Source of the DNA: Candidatus Babeliales bacterium
GTDB taxonomy: Bacteria > Babelota > Babeliae > Babelales > JANWKD01
Length of the DNA stretch: 64,000 nucleotides
Direction: 5' to 3'
Assembly (NCBI GenBank): GCA_963762115.1
Contig: CAVXJH010000007.1
Span: 32,001 to 96,000 of the forward strand
The number at the start of each line of letters is the position of its first letter. Position 1 is the stretch's first letter. A program made the position numbers and the translations under genes. Positions 1 to 10,329 of this stretch are shown here, in pieces. Under the pieces are notes generated by a model, which was given only the letters and a program-made list of their open reading frames with translations, did no database searches and was not told the DNA's origin.

Positions 1-783
1 GCAATATTCGATTTCTTTTAAAGAAAGTAATGGTTTTACCACAACTTCATAATGCAAACTAGCAAGCTCAAAACAATGAATTTTACCAACGGCAAAGCCT
101 TGAGGAAAGATAACGCCCTCACCACTTGATATAACTAATTCATCAAGTTCAAGAGTATCAAGATGACTCACATATTGCAAAGCTCCTGCATACTCATTAA
201 GCATTCCTTCATAAATGCCTTTGGCATGAGAACAATTACAATAAACGGGTATTTTGCAAAGAGGATCTGAGACACAAATCACTTTACTATAATAAGGATA
301 TACCTGACAAACACGCCCTAATATACAATTTTTGTAAACAGCAACCATATCAACTTCTGCACCGTGAACTGCACCATAATCAATGAGAAATGAATGTTCG
401 CAATCCGAAAATTGCTTCATAATAATTTGCGCACAAGGCAATGAATCTGCTGCATACCGTACAGAAAAATCAATAAGCTCTTTTATATTTTCTTGATACC
501 AAATAGTTGAGTGCAAAGCGATCACTTCAGCCAAAAGATCTTTCTTTTCAGCACGTAAACGCACAACCATTTCTTCTAACTGTGCAATCGAATGTCGATC
601 GGCCAAAAAACGTTGCACCGGTTTTACGATCATATTTTGTAACCGTAAAAAAGGATACATAACAAGGGATGCACCCTGCTCTAAGATACCTGGCGCAAAG
701 AAAAAAAAGCGATGAGCCATAAAAAAGAGCAGAGCGCCTATAATAAGAATCCGCAACATAAAAGCTGTTTTGCTTTTAAACAC
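1..783 (-). CDS. mreC: Rod shape-determining protein MreC (3' end beyond window start)
   Basis: Hand-translated: N-terminal TM, coiled coil, C-terminal ELVISSGEGVIFPQGFAVGKI...VVVKP motif; GTG at 783 (or ATG at 759), open to position 1. Confidence 0.85.
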   Translation of the reverse strand, partial: MFKSKTAFMLRILIIGALLFFMAHRFFFFAPGILEQGASLVMYPFLRLQNMIVKPVQRFLADRHSIAQLEEMVVRLRAEKKDLLAEVIALHSTIWYQENIKELIDFSVRYAADSLPCAQIIMKQFSDCEHSFLIDYGAVHGAEVDMVAVYKNCILGRVCQVYPYYSKVICVSDPLCKIPVYCNCSHAKGIYEGMLNEYAGALQYVSHLDTLELDELVISSGEGVIFPQGFAVGKIHCFELASLHYEVVVKPLLSLKEIEYC

Positions 784-1744
784 TCCGTGCACCTATTGCT
801 TGTAATTGTTCTTTTACATAAAGAGATGAATGAGAAAGCACCAAATCATTTCTCACCAACGTGGCATCAGGAATACCGCGCAAATAAAAAGGCAAATGTT
901 TCCTAAAACAGTAAAACCCTTTATTGCCATAATAATTTTCAAGCATTTCTAGATGCAGCAAAGCATACTTAAAAACCATCTGCTTATCAACACTAAAAGG
1001 CATTCCTTGTGAATGCATCTTTAATTCATGCAATTTCCATGGCTTACTCCACATGCCACGCCCAATCATATACCCATCAACACCAGTTTGCTCATAGGCC
1101 ATCTTTGCCGTTGCCCAGTTAATGACATTCCCTGATAACAAAACAGGAATTGAAAGTGATTTTTTTACTGCTGCAGCCAATGCATAATCAGGTCTTCCGG
1201 CAAACATCTCATCACGGAGTCGAGGATGAATGGTGATTGCTGCTGCGCCACAATCTTCAATAAGTTTTGCAACATCGAGGGCATTTTTTTGTTTAAACCC
1301 TGCTCGTATTTTCACGGTAAAAGGAACGGGTAAACGCTCTCGCAAACGATCAAGTACTATTTTTAATCGAGGCAAATCTGCCATGAGCGCTGATCCCGAA
1401 CCAGATTTAATAACATTTTTTGCGGGGCAACCGACATTGAGATCAACCAAATCAACCCCTTGGGCTATGATTTTCTCACAAGCCAAATCAATATCTTTTT
1501 CTGCGCAAGCGGCAATTTGATAATTTAGCGGCCGCTCATCTTGACTAAAATGTAATGCTTTTAATCCTGATTTATCGTGCGCAACACAAGAAACATGACG
1601 CATTTCGGTGAATAATAGTTCTTCTTTTGAAAAATGGCGCACCAATGTGCGAAATGGTGAATCGGTTATGCCATCTAATGGCCCACCGATAAAACGAGGG
1701 TATGCATGATTGCCAATCTTTACCTTCTCTGTCCAATAACTCAT
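776..1744 (-). CDS. dusB: tRNA-dihydrouridine synthase (DusB-like)
   Basis: PLDGITD, DLNVGCP, GSGSALM, TVKIRAG, HPR, GYMIGRG motifs. Confidence 0.9.
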   Translation of the reverse strand: MSYWTEKVKIGNHAYPRFIGGPLDGITDSPFRTLVRHFSKEELLFTEMRHVSCVAHDKSGLKALHFSQDERPLNYQIAACAEKDIDLACEKIIAQGVDLVDLNVGCPAKNVIKSGSGSALMADLPRLKIVLDRLRERLPVPFTVKIRAGFKQKNALDVAKLIEDCGAAAITIHPRLRDEMFAGRPDYALAAAVKKSLSIPVLLSGNVINWATAKMAYEQTGVDGYMIGRGMWSKPWKLHELKMHSQGMPFSVDKQMVFKYALLHLEMLENYYGNKGFYCFRKHLPFYLRGIPDATLVRNDLVLSHSSLYVKEQLQAIGARSV

Positions 1745-1819
1745 ACATTCCTTGATAATAATAACAAAATTTAACCTATACTCTCTAAGAGTATATCGCA
1801 GAGTTACCTTAATAAAAAG

Positions 1820-2518
1820 CTAAATAGTTGGCAATAATTGCTGATAAAGGTTATTTAACGCATCAATTAAAGCTTCAAGTGATTTTTTAATAGTCTCTCG
1901 CGAAATTTTTTGAGATTGTTGACTTAATTCTCGTTGCTTTTCCCTGCGCATCTCTTCTTGCACAATTGGCGTTTCTCGAACAATAAATTCTTCTGCTTCA
2001 TTTTTTTCTGCTGCTGTCCTTTCAACACTCTGTTTAATAACTGTTTTATAATAATGTTCTATATGTTCTGGCGAATAACCAAGCAACATTCCTGCAAGAT
2101 ACTCATTATAGAATGCATCTTTATATATTTTTTTTTGTTTTATTGACTGCTCTAACATGCGCAAAAATAATCGGGCATTTTTTTCTCCTCGTGGAGTATA
2201 TAATAACAAAAGCGTTTGGCCAAAAGTAACCTGTGGATCAGTAAATAATTTTTTTATAGCATATTGCTCCAAAGGCAAAAATTTCTCGTCGATCGTCTCT
2301 AGTTCACTTTCCGCGCCCCAATAAACATCCTTAAAGCCCCGAATCATACAAGCAAGAGCATGATTTATGTTATCTTTCACAGCTTCTTGCCCTTCTTGTC
2401 GTATCGCTGCACCGCATGTTTCTTTGCTCGGCACAAAATTTTCCAAGGCCAAAACATTCACAAAAAAAATCACCGAAAAGAAACAAAAACAAATCTTATA
2501 ACAATAAACACTCATCAT
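1820..2518 (-). CDS. Hypothetical secreted protein
   Basis: 232-aa ORF with signal-peptide-like N-terminus; GMLLGYS segment; no family recognised. Confidence 0.65.
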   Translation of the reverse strand: MMSVYCYKICFCFFSVIFFVNVLALENFVPSKETCGAAIRQEGQEAVKDNINHALACMIRGFKDVYWGAESELETIDEKFLPLEQYAIKKLFTDPQVTFGQTLLLLYTPRGEKNARLFLRMLEQSIKQKKIYKDAFYNEYLAGMLLGYSPEHIEHYYKTVIKQSVERTAAEKNEAEEFIVRETPIVQEEMRREKQRELSQQSQKISRETIKKSLEALIDALNNLYQQLLPTI

Positions 2519-2660
2519 TCACCCTCTTTTTTATAAACCCTCACCTAATAAATAGTATCATTCCACTCAACGGCAATTCAATGAAAAACTATTCCATTTA
2601 TTTTCATCCACTATTTTGCTTAGTATTATCGTATATACTTTTTCCATGCGAGGGACCTCT

Positions 2661-3329
2661 ATGAACAAACCATTAAAATTTTATTATGAAAACTATAAAA
2701 ATGTTGTAAAAGCAGCCTATCAACTTATGTCTGGCATTTGGAAAATTAATAAAATGGCAGGCCCCATTGTTACTATTTTTGGCGGGGCACGATGGCATAA
2801 AAGTCCCTATGAAAAACAAGCTCATGATTTAGCTGCCCTTTTGATTAAACACAATATTTCAGTGATTACTGGCGGCGGACCTGGCATTATGGAAGCAGCC
2901 AATTGCGGTGCTGCAGAAGCAATAAAAAAAAACCATTCTAACGCAAAATCAATTGGCATTTCCGTCATAGGATTAGAACGAGAACAAGGCATTAATTCTT
3001 GCGCACAAGAAAAATTAATTGTTGATACCTTTTTAGTACGCAAATGGCTCATGGTTGAATATTCAGTTGCTTTTGTCATTTTTCCTGGCGGTTTTGGCAC
3101 CATCGATGAATTAGGTGAAGTATTAACCCTCATGCAAACAAAAAAATTAGCCGGTGTTCCCGTCATTTTATTTGGCAGTCTTTATTGGCAACCTTTTCTT
3201 GATTGGATTCGAGAAACCCTTTTGAAAAATAATATTGTTTCACAAGCAGATGTTGAATTATTCAAAGTTACTGACAGCATTGAAGAAGCTTTAATACTCC
3301 TAAAAGAACGCTGTAAAGTCTGCGAATAA
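2661..3329 (+). CDS. LOG family nucleotide monophosphate nucleosidase (TIGR00730-like)
   Basis: VTIFGGAR, TGGGPGIMEAAN, FPGGFGTIDE motifs; ATG at 2661 after AGGGA. Confidence 0.9.
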   Translation: MNKPLKFYYENYKNVVKAAYQLMSGIWKINKMAGPIVTIFGGARWHKSPYEKQAHDLAALLIKHNISVITGGGPGIMEAANCGAAEAIKKNHSNAKSIGISVIGLEREQGINSCAQEKLIVDTFLVRKWLMVEYSVAFVIFPGGFGTIDELGEVLTLMQTKKLAGVPVILFGSLYWQPFLDWIRETLLKNNIVSQADVELFKVTDSIEEALILLKERCKVCE

Positions 3330-3412
3330 TTGTTTTGTTTTCTTGAACTCTCTTCATTCACTATGCTACTATAAAATCAGATTTCAAATCACAAAAAAAA
3401 TAGAGGAAAAGT

Positions 3413-3811
3413 ATGGAACATATAAATAACGAACATAAAAACGCCTGTAATAATTGCGTTGAATGTTGTGAGCGTTGTATTGATGCCTGCCAAAGACTCA
3501 TTGATATGTGCAGCGCAATGGATCAAGTTGCTTGCGCTAAGCAAATTGGCATATGCGTTAAAGAGTGCACAGCCTGCATTGCATCATGCCAAGAAACAAT
3601 CAAACATTCGCGCAAGCATTTAGAAGAATGTCGTGACGAACAATGCATAAAACGCGCTGATTGGTGCATTAAAAAATGCCAAGATTGCATCGATGCCTGC
3701 AAAAAATGCATAGAAAAATGCAAAGCTGGTGATTCAATATGTGTTGATCATTGTTTGGCTTGTATTGAAGCATGCAACAAATGTGCTGAGGCATGTGCTG
3801 CTTTTATGTAA
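3413..3811 (+). CDS. Cys-rich four-helix bundle, copper storage protein (Csp3/DUF326)-like
   Basis: 26 Cys in 132 aa in CxxC/CxxxC helical repeats; GAGG RBS; no signal peptide. Confidence 0.7.
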   Translation: MEHINNEHKNACNNCVECCERCIDACQRLIDMCSAMDQVACAKQIGICVKECTACIASCQETIKHSRKHLEECRDEQCIKRADWCIKKCQDCIDACKKCIEKCKAGDSICVDHCLACIEACNKCAEACAAFM

Positions 3812-4105
3812 TTAATCCAAATATTCGGTTGTTTTGGTAACTTCAGTAACACGTTTTACTGGATGCTCAGGCATTTCCATTGGTTCTTCTTGATATTCAT
3901 AAGGACCGTCATCAACAATAACCGTTCTGCGTTCATAATCAAGTGGATCAACAACATCTTGGACAATATCACCTGTTGTCACCACAGCATCCCCAGCAAT
4001 GTCAACAGCACCTGAAACAGCGTCACGAGCAGCATCAAACAAACCTAATGAATATGATTGCATTGTTAATGTTAAACAAATGATAAAAAATAATTGCTTT
4101 GTCAT
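3812..4105 (-). CDS. Hypothetical small secreted acidic protein
   Basis: Signal peptide, AGGAG RBS, 97 aa. Confidence 0.65.
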   Translation of the reverse strand: MTKQLFFIICLTLTMQSYSLGLFDAARDAVSGAVDIAGDAVVTTGDIVQDVVDPLDYERRTVIVDDGPYEYQEEPMEMPEHPVKRVTEVTKTTEYLD

Positions 4106-4186
4106 TCTTTTCTCCTAAAAAAATACACTTACTTTTTTTGAAACTATAATAAAATCATTCAAAACAAGTAAAGAATTTAAATTTTT

Positions 4187-5371
4187 TCATACTTTGCATG
4201 CATCTCTTAAAGGAACATATTTTATAAAAAGAGGATTCTTTACCGCCTGCATAAAATCATCAATATTTTCATCGCAAATAGCTTGTTCAAAAGCATCACG
4301 ATTTTTATTTCTTTCAACAATGCGCTTAATATACAATGGGTATTCTTCTTGTGGAATATCATTAAAACCATCAAGTTGCTGCCTAATTGATGCATCCATT
4401 GTGCTCAATCTTTCTAGAAGAACTTGTTCATCATACATTCTGCTTGTTCCCTTAACAGGGAAATTTGACACTCTTGAAAGCGGATCAGCAAAAAAATCTA
4501 AAATCGAACGACCCAAAATCATAAACTCTTTTTGTCGCGAAGATAATGTTGCAAGCAATAAAGCGTAATCTTTATGGTTAACATTTTGATACATTATTTT
4601 TGCACAGAGCTTTTGATACCCAGATGGCTCTAGAGAAATCTCCGTTAAAAATACAGAAAAAAAATCTTTCCCTGAATTTCCTGCAGGCAAAAAATATTTC
4701 CTTTGTAATTTTTTAAAATGTGGCACAATAATGTGTTGATTTACTGCAACATAGTGCAACCGCCTCTGAAAAATGGCATCTATTAATGAAAGCGCTCGAT
4801 TTGTTACTGGTTTTTCAGGCAATGGACTTATACTATTTTGTAAACATTCGCGCAAAGTAAATTCATAAGGACATGTCTGTTTAAAACATGTCTGCTCAAT
4901 ATGAGCAAAATTTCGAGCTTCAAGAGCATTTTGAAAAGCATCACGATTTTTTTTATAGCGCTTATCATGATTAAAACCTTGCAGTCTAACCCATTGGACT
5001 AAAAGCTCTTTTTCACATAATTCCGCTTTTTCTGGCAAGGTTTTGGGCAAAATAACATTATATTTTCTAATAAAATGATTTCCAGGATTTTTTTCTACAG
5101 GAACCTGTGAAATAATCTTATAAAGTTCAAACAAATTCGTCATGTCTTGATATGATACTAAATAAAAATCATCATCATCAAATTTTTTAAATCGACACTT
5201 TTGTTCTTCCGGCTTAAAGCAAAAACAATTTCCTGCCATCATTGCTTCAACAAATGAAATAAATAGAGGATATTGTTTTTTTTCAAGAAGCATTCGTGGC
5301 GAATCTTCCATACCAAAAAGCGATGTCATAAAAAAAATAAAAGTTGATAGAAGTGCAAGTAGCTTTATCAC
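4187..5371 (-). CDS. Hypothetical secreted protein
   Basis: 394-aa ORF, signal peptide ending SLFG|ME; internal KNRDAF repeat. Confidence 0.7.
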   Translation of the reverse strand: MIKLLALLSTFIFFMTSLFGMEDSPRMLLEKKQYPLFISFVEAMMAGNCFCFKPEEQKCRFKKFDDDDFYLVSYQDMTNLFELYKIISQVPVEKNPGNHFIRKYNVILPKTLPEKAELCEKELLVQWVRLQGFNHDKRYKKNRDAFQNALEARNFAHIEQTCFKQTCPYEFTLRECLQNSISPLPEKPVTNRALSLIDAIFQRRLHYVAVNQHIIVPHFKKLQRKYFLPAGNSGKDFFSVFLTEISLEPSGYQKLCAKIMYQNVNHKDYALLLATLSSRQKEFMILGRSILDFFADPLSRVSNFPVKGTSRMYDEQVLLERLSTMDASIRQQLDGFNDIPQEEYPLYIKRIVERNKNRDAFEQAICDENIDDFMQAVKNPLFIKYVPLRDACKV

Positions 5372-5596
5372 AAGATTCCTTTTTTAAAAATGAAAATTCT
5401 TTATAAACCATTTATAAATCTATTTTTTTTAAAAAAATTTACAAATTTTGCTTACCTATTCCATTGAAAAGCCCCATTAAAAAAATAACTTTCATCAGAA
5501 AAAAAAATTTATAAAAGTTGAATTATTTACTATAATTTTCCACTACATTAAAAAAAAATCATCAAATTCTTAAAAAAAAGAGTTACTATTTTGGCG

Positions 5597-6449
5597 ATGA
5601 AAAGACTTATATTTATTACTATTTTTTCACTATTTTCTTATATTACTTCTACCCAGGCAATGCTTAAAAAGAAAAAAGAACTTAATTCTAAATATACAAA
5701 GGCGGTTGCTTTAAAAAATAGTCCAAAATCTCTTGTTAATATTTGCATAACAAAGATAGAAAACGAAGAAAAAAATACACAATATAATTCATCAATACTC
5801 GATCTCTTATTACCAGACCATATGCAACACAGATTATTAAAATGTATATTGCCTCCCAAAACATCAAAGAAACAATTCGCGCAATTATGTCAATATATTC
5901 AACCACCATTATTACTACATGCAGGGTTACACATTGCTTTCATGCCAGAAAAAATCTTACAAAAAAAAGAAAAAGCTGAAATAGTAACCGTATTGGCATA
6001 TGACACTCGAATAACTAATGATCAAACTAAAAAAATTCTATCATTCTTGAAATGTAGAATTTTTAAGGTGATTTCCGATAATAATGACTGGTGGACCAAT
6101 GACACAAGTAACATGTCATTCTGGCTTGCCGAAGCTATGGCCTATTTAAAAAGATGATGAACCATTCAACTTAATGTTAGAAATTGTACCCAAAAAACCT
6201 TCTGATCCATTTATCGAAAAATTTCTTTCCATAGCAATAAAAAAAATTGAAAAAAAAGACAATCATGCAAATTATTTAATACGACTAAATAAAACATTAG
6301 AATCAGGATTTAAATCATGCCGATCTGATATTCTTTACTGTGCAAATGTGTTAGAAGCTGCTTCTAGGGATTATATAAGAAAAGAAAAACATAAATATAC
6401 AATCCCTTTTTTAACAAGAGCACTTAAAATATTGCATGAATTTAAATAA
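5597..6449 (+). CDS. Hypothetical secreted protein, probably one gene split by a +1 frameshift (ORFs 5597-6157 and 6174-6449)
   Basis: Removing one A from TTTAAAAAGA at 6145-6154 fuses the ORFs as YLKDDEPFNLMLEIV. Confidence 0.5.
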
Positions 6450-6501
6450 TCAATAAAATTAATGACATCCTATATAATCATCTACTCTTGATTGGATCAT
6501 C

Positions 6502-7686
6502 ATGATACATGAAACTCCGCAACAACAAACACCAAAAATAATTACTCCAGAAAAACAATCAACTTCACTCACCTGGATTGAAATTGATAAAAATGCTTTT
6601 GATCATAATGTTACACAGTATAAAAGGACCGTTAACCCAGCACTGCTTGCCATTGTTATAAAAAGCAATGCATATGGCCACGGCATGCATCAAATCGCGA
6701 CTCTCGCAGAACACAATAATAACGTTGATTATATTTGCACCGTAAGTTTATCAGAAGCAATTTCGTTACGTAATCATGGTATCAAAAAACCATTACTTGT
6801 ATTAAGCATTATTGATGATGCGTTAGAACAAGCATTTATTCATGCTATTGATGTTGTTGTATATTCTATGCATCAAGCATTAGCGCTGCAACAACTAGGA
6901 TTTCAATTCAAACAAAAAATTAATATTCATATAAAAATTGATACTGGACTTTCTCGCTTAGGCTTTCTACACGATGACGCCACACCATATATTAAAGAAA
7001 TAAAACAATTATCACACATCAACATCCAAGGAATTTTTACTCATTTTGCAGAATCAGAAAAAAAAGATTCAACATTTACTGATAGGCAAATTGAACGATT
7101 TAATCGTGTTATTGAAAAATTAGAAAAAGAAAATATTCACATTCCATTAAAGCACTCCTCATGTTCCGCTGCAATTACCGGAAATGCAAAAAGTCATTTC
7201 ACCATGACACGTGCAGGCATTGGCATCTACGGCCTATGGCCGTCAGACGACAATAAAGAAATGACGCAACATCATGATAGTTTGTTTTCATTAAAACCAG
7301 TGCTGACATGGAAAACAAAAATTATTCATCTTAAAGAAATTCCCGCCCAAAGCTGTGTAGGCTATGAACGAACCTACTGCGTTGATAAACCATCACGCAT
7401 TGCAACGTTACCCGTTGGTTATTGGGATGGTTATGACAGAGCACTTTCAAACAAAGGGTTGGTCATCATTAACAATCAATTCGCACCTATAGTTGGAAGA
7501 ATTGCTATGAATTTGATGATGGTTGATGTGACTAATTTAAATGTTGTTGTTGATGACGAAGTTATCTTACTCGGTAACAATGCAATGATCACTGCCGATG
7601 CTCTTGCAAAAAAATGCAATACTATTAATTATGAATTGGTGACGCGCATTAATCCGTTATTGCCAAGAGTGATAAAAAATCTTTAA
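6502..7686 (+). CDS. alr: Alanine racemase
   Basis: VIKSNAYGHG PLP-lysine motif, HIKIDTGLSRLG, GYWDG, GRIAM, TINYE. Confidence 0.95.
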   Translation: MIHETPQQQTPKIITPEKQSTSLTWIEIDKNAFDHNVTQYKRTVNPALLAIVIKSNAYGHGMHQIATLAEHNNNVDYICTVSLSEAISLRNHGIKKPLLVLSIIDDALEQAFIHAIDVVVYSMHQALALQQLGFQFKQKINIHIKIDTGLSRLGFLHDDATPYIKEIKQLSHINIQGIFTHFAESEKKDSTFTDRQIERFNRVIEKLEKENIHIPLKHSSCSAAITGNAKSHFTMTRAGIGIYGLWPSDDNKEMTQHHDSLFSLKPVLTWKTKIIHLKEIPAQSCVGYERTYCVDKPSRIATLPVGYWDGYDRALSNKGLVIINNQFAPIVGRIAMNLMMVDVTNLNVVVDDEVILLGNNAMITADALAKKCNTINYELVTRINPLLPRVIKNL

Positions 7687-7715
7687 GACCATTTTGCTTT
7701 ATTCAGCCATATTAC

Positions 7716-8258
7716 TTAAACTCTTTTAACCCACTTATTAAACATACGAAGTATATTTCGTTCTTGTGTTGGCAAAGCTGATATATCTTTACTAACCCAA
7801 CGCAATTCCTTTGATTCCGCATTCTGCACAACGTCCTCATCACTCGTTACGCGTAATAAAAATCTTACATCATAATGATAATGTGCTTTTTCACGTTTAT
7901 TCTCAGGAATAAGATGAATATCGATATCAAAAACATCAGATGAAACTGGTTCTATGCCACATATTCCTGATTCTTCTTGTGCTTCTTTAAGAGCAACATT
8001 CATAACATCTGAATCACCATCACAGTGCCCACCAAGTTGATACCATGCATTGAGTTTTGCATGATGCATTAACAATGCTTTTGAACAATCTTTGTTCAAC
8101 AACCATGCTGAAGCAGTTATATGACCTTTTTGCAATGATCTTTCAAAACAATCTGAATGTTCCTCAATAAAGCTGATCATTTCATTTTTATAAACAATTT
8201 CTTCTTCTAAAACGGGAAAATAATTTTGTAATTTTTCAAGCAAATTTACTCTATGCAT
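7716..8258 (-). CDS. NUDIX hydrolase
   Basis: GHITASAW and Nudix box GGHCDGD...ALKEAQEESG; HYHYDVRF. Confidence 0.9.
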   Translation of the reverse strand: MHRVNLLEKLQNYFPVLEEEIVYKNEMISFIEEHSDCFERSLQKGHITASAWLLNKDCSKALLMHHAKLNAWYQLGGHCDGDSDVMNVALKEAQEESGICGIEPVSSDVFDIDIHLIPENKREKAHYHYDVRFLLRVTSDEDVVQNAESKELRWVSKDISALPTQERNILRMFNKWVKRV

Positions 8259-8276
8259 ACAAAAACTCTCTAATTT

Positions 8277-9248
8277 TTACCTTGGATTATTATTTTTTAA
8301 TTCTTCTTCGGCTAATTTTGCCTTATATAAACGTTTTGCCCATAAAATTCTCTTATCAATGCTTGAATGAAAAACATCATCTTTTGCACATTTATGTGCT
8401 ATTTCAACAAATAATTTATCAAACGAACATGCTGTCATACAATGAGTACATGCCGCAGGAATCCTATCGGCTTCCGCTTCATTAGCTCTTACAAACTTTT
8501 GAAGAATTTTATTTTCTTTGACATTAAAATCTAATTGCCGAGAATCAAAAAATAACGCACTAATAACATCTTGTTGAAAACGATGAGCATTTTTGAAATG
8601 CTGTTCTTCATGAGATAATGTTCCATAACGTGTATCTAATGAGTAATTTTCAAACTCATCTTTTATATATAAATGATACTCTTTAATAACAACCTTATTT
8701 GGAATCTTAACCCCATTTTTTCTATAGGTACCCGTAAAAGGTTTTATGGCAGGTTCATAGGTGCAATCAGCTGCAGCAGGGCTATTAAACTCATTAAGAT
8801 CAAGATCATAACGCATAGAAATAGTATATCCACTAAAATATCTACAAATTTCTTCCTTAATTTCCATGGAAATTTTTGATTCAGGTGAAAAATGAAGAAT
8901 AAGGGGTATTGTAGGTGATTTAGAATTTACTCTAAAATTCTGACGAAGATTAATGAGATCATTATATTGTTTATCTGAAATATCACCTTCATGCTTCATC
9001 AATTTAAAAGTTTTTTTATGTTTTTTTTCAATCAAATATTGAGTACATTCACACAACGAAAGACCATTTTCTAAAAAAGATTTCTCTAAAGAAAAATAAT
9101 CGGCATATGGAGCATCAGGATTAATTTTCTTCAGTTGATTACAAAGAAAAAATGGTTTCTCTCTTTTTTCATGTTCATCTTGCACAGCATACACAACATC
9201 AAAAATAACAAGTACCGTTAAAACAAATATAATCTTAAATTTTTTCAT
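8277..9248 (-). CDS. Secreted protein with putative zincin (M48-like) HExxH...E motif
   Basis: Signal peptide; TLSHEEQHFKNAH and NEAEADRI. Confidence 0.6.
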   Translation of the reverse strand: MKKFKIIFVLTVLVIFDVVYAVQDEHEKREKPFFLCNQLKKINPDAPYADYFSLEKSFLENGLSLCECTQYLIEKKHKKTFKLMKHEGDISDKQYNDLINLRQNFRVNSKSPTIPLILHFSPESKISMEIKEEICRYFSGYTISMRYDLDLNEFNSPAAADCTYEPAIKPFTGTYRKNGVKIPNKVVIKEYHLYIKDEFENYSLDTRYGTLSHEEQHFKNAHRFQQDVISALFFDSRQLDFNVKENKILQKFVRANEAEADRIPAACTHCMTACSFDKLFVEIAHKCAKDDVFHSSIDKRILWAKRLYKAKLAEEELKNNNPR

Positions 9249-9283
9249 ATATTCCCAAACATGCGCAATTAACAGATATTATA

Positions 9284-9312
9284 ATTCTATATAGTTAATG
9301 GATATTTGTCAA
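9284..9312 (-). promoter_or_regulatory. Sigma70-type promoter for the 8277-9248 gene
   Basis: TTGACA-N17-TAGAAT on minus strand, about 35 nt upstream of the ATG. Confidence 0.65.
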
Positions 9313-9361
9313 AATTAACTCAATTAGAATTTTTATCAAAAAAACAAATCATTGTTATTTT

Positions 9362-10201
9362 TCAAAATCGATAACAAAGTTGTGCACAAGGCGCACCATA
9401 AGAATCAACACCACAGGAAAAAGCACATCGATCGGAAAGTTTTTTATCAACCACTTTGCTTGCCGCAACAGCAAAAATCAACCCAAGTCCTGCACCGGCA
9501 ACAAGTTGTGAAAGATAATGCCGATTACAATTCACAAAATCAGCAAAAACAAAACCGGCAAAAAGCCCAAGCGGCACTCCCCATGCAGGCCCATGACGCA
9601 TGCCAAATAATGACGCCATAAACATCACATTTGCCATATGCCCAGAAGGCAAACCGCCAGAAGATCGATGATGTCGATTAAAATTCTCATGCCAAGGTCG
9701 AAGGCATGATTTAAAGCGTAATTTTTTTATAATATCTTTTCCTGAATGCACAAACGGTAATCCTATTGCAAACATTCTCCCTGTTAAGCGCAAATCTTCG
9801 TCATTGGCAAAAATTGCAAGACTTGAAAGAACAACCATAGGGACGCCAATGCCATAATGAGCAATTGAATGGCAATGCTTAGGAAATTGATTAATATTTT
9901 TGTGACATGAACTATCATAAAAATGTACTTGCAATTTTTCATCATGCATACGAGAAAGAAGATAGAAAGGAACAAAACCGGTGATTACTTTTGCACTATC
10001 AACTGAAAAAAGATTTTTTAATAATAATCCGGCATCACAAAAAATTTCACCCAACCCCTCAAGCATACATGGCGCAGGTTGATTTATTATCTTTCTTCTT
10101 GAAAATGGCGTTTTATTACGTGATATAGGTGAACAATTAACTAAATATATTGGTTGTAAACAGTACCAACATAGTATGCTAAAAATAATTTTTTTTATCA
10201 T
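9362..10201 (-). CDS. PAP2 superfamily membrane phosphatase
   Basis: K...RP, PSGH and NRHYLSQ motifs; start placed at 10201/10207 because the longer ORF spans a terminator. Confidence 0.8.
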   Translation of the reverse strand: MIKKIIFSILCWYCLQPIYLVNCSPISRNKTPFSRRKIINQPAPCMLEGLGEIFCDAGLLLKNLFSVDSAKVITGFVPFYLLSRMHDEKLQVHFYDSSCHKNINQFPKHCHSIAHYGIGVPMVVLSSLAIFANDEDLRLTGRMFAIGLPFVHSGKDIIKKLRFKSCLRPWHENFNRHHRSSGGLPSGHMANVMFMASLFGMRHGPAWGVPLGLFAGFVFADFVNCNRHYLSQLVAGAGLGLIFAVAASKVVDKKLSDRCAFSCGVDSYGAPCAQLCYRF

Positions 10202-10279
10202 GTGCATACCATTCACACCACTATACCCATTTTGACATTTACTGCATAAGTATAAAAAATATGATGCTAAAAAGGCAAT

Positions 10280-10305
10280 AAAAAAAGGCTCGAAAAATCG
10301 AGCCT
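10280..10305 (-). terminator. Rho-independent terminator of the alpha/beta hydrolase
   Basis: AGGCTCGA/TCGAGCCT stem followed by a U-run on the minus strand. Confidence 0.65.
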
Positions 10306-10329
10306 CAAAATACAAAAAATGAACTATTT

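Noticed and set aside
10202..10315. Long N-terminal extension of the PAP2 ORF
   Set aside because: It spans the upstream gene's terminator; a downstream ATG gives a typical leader.
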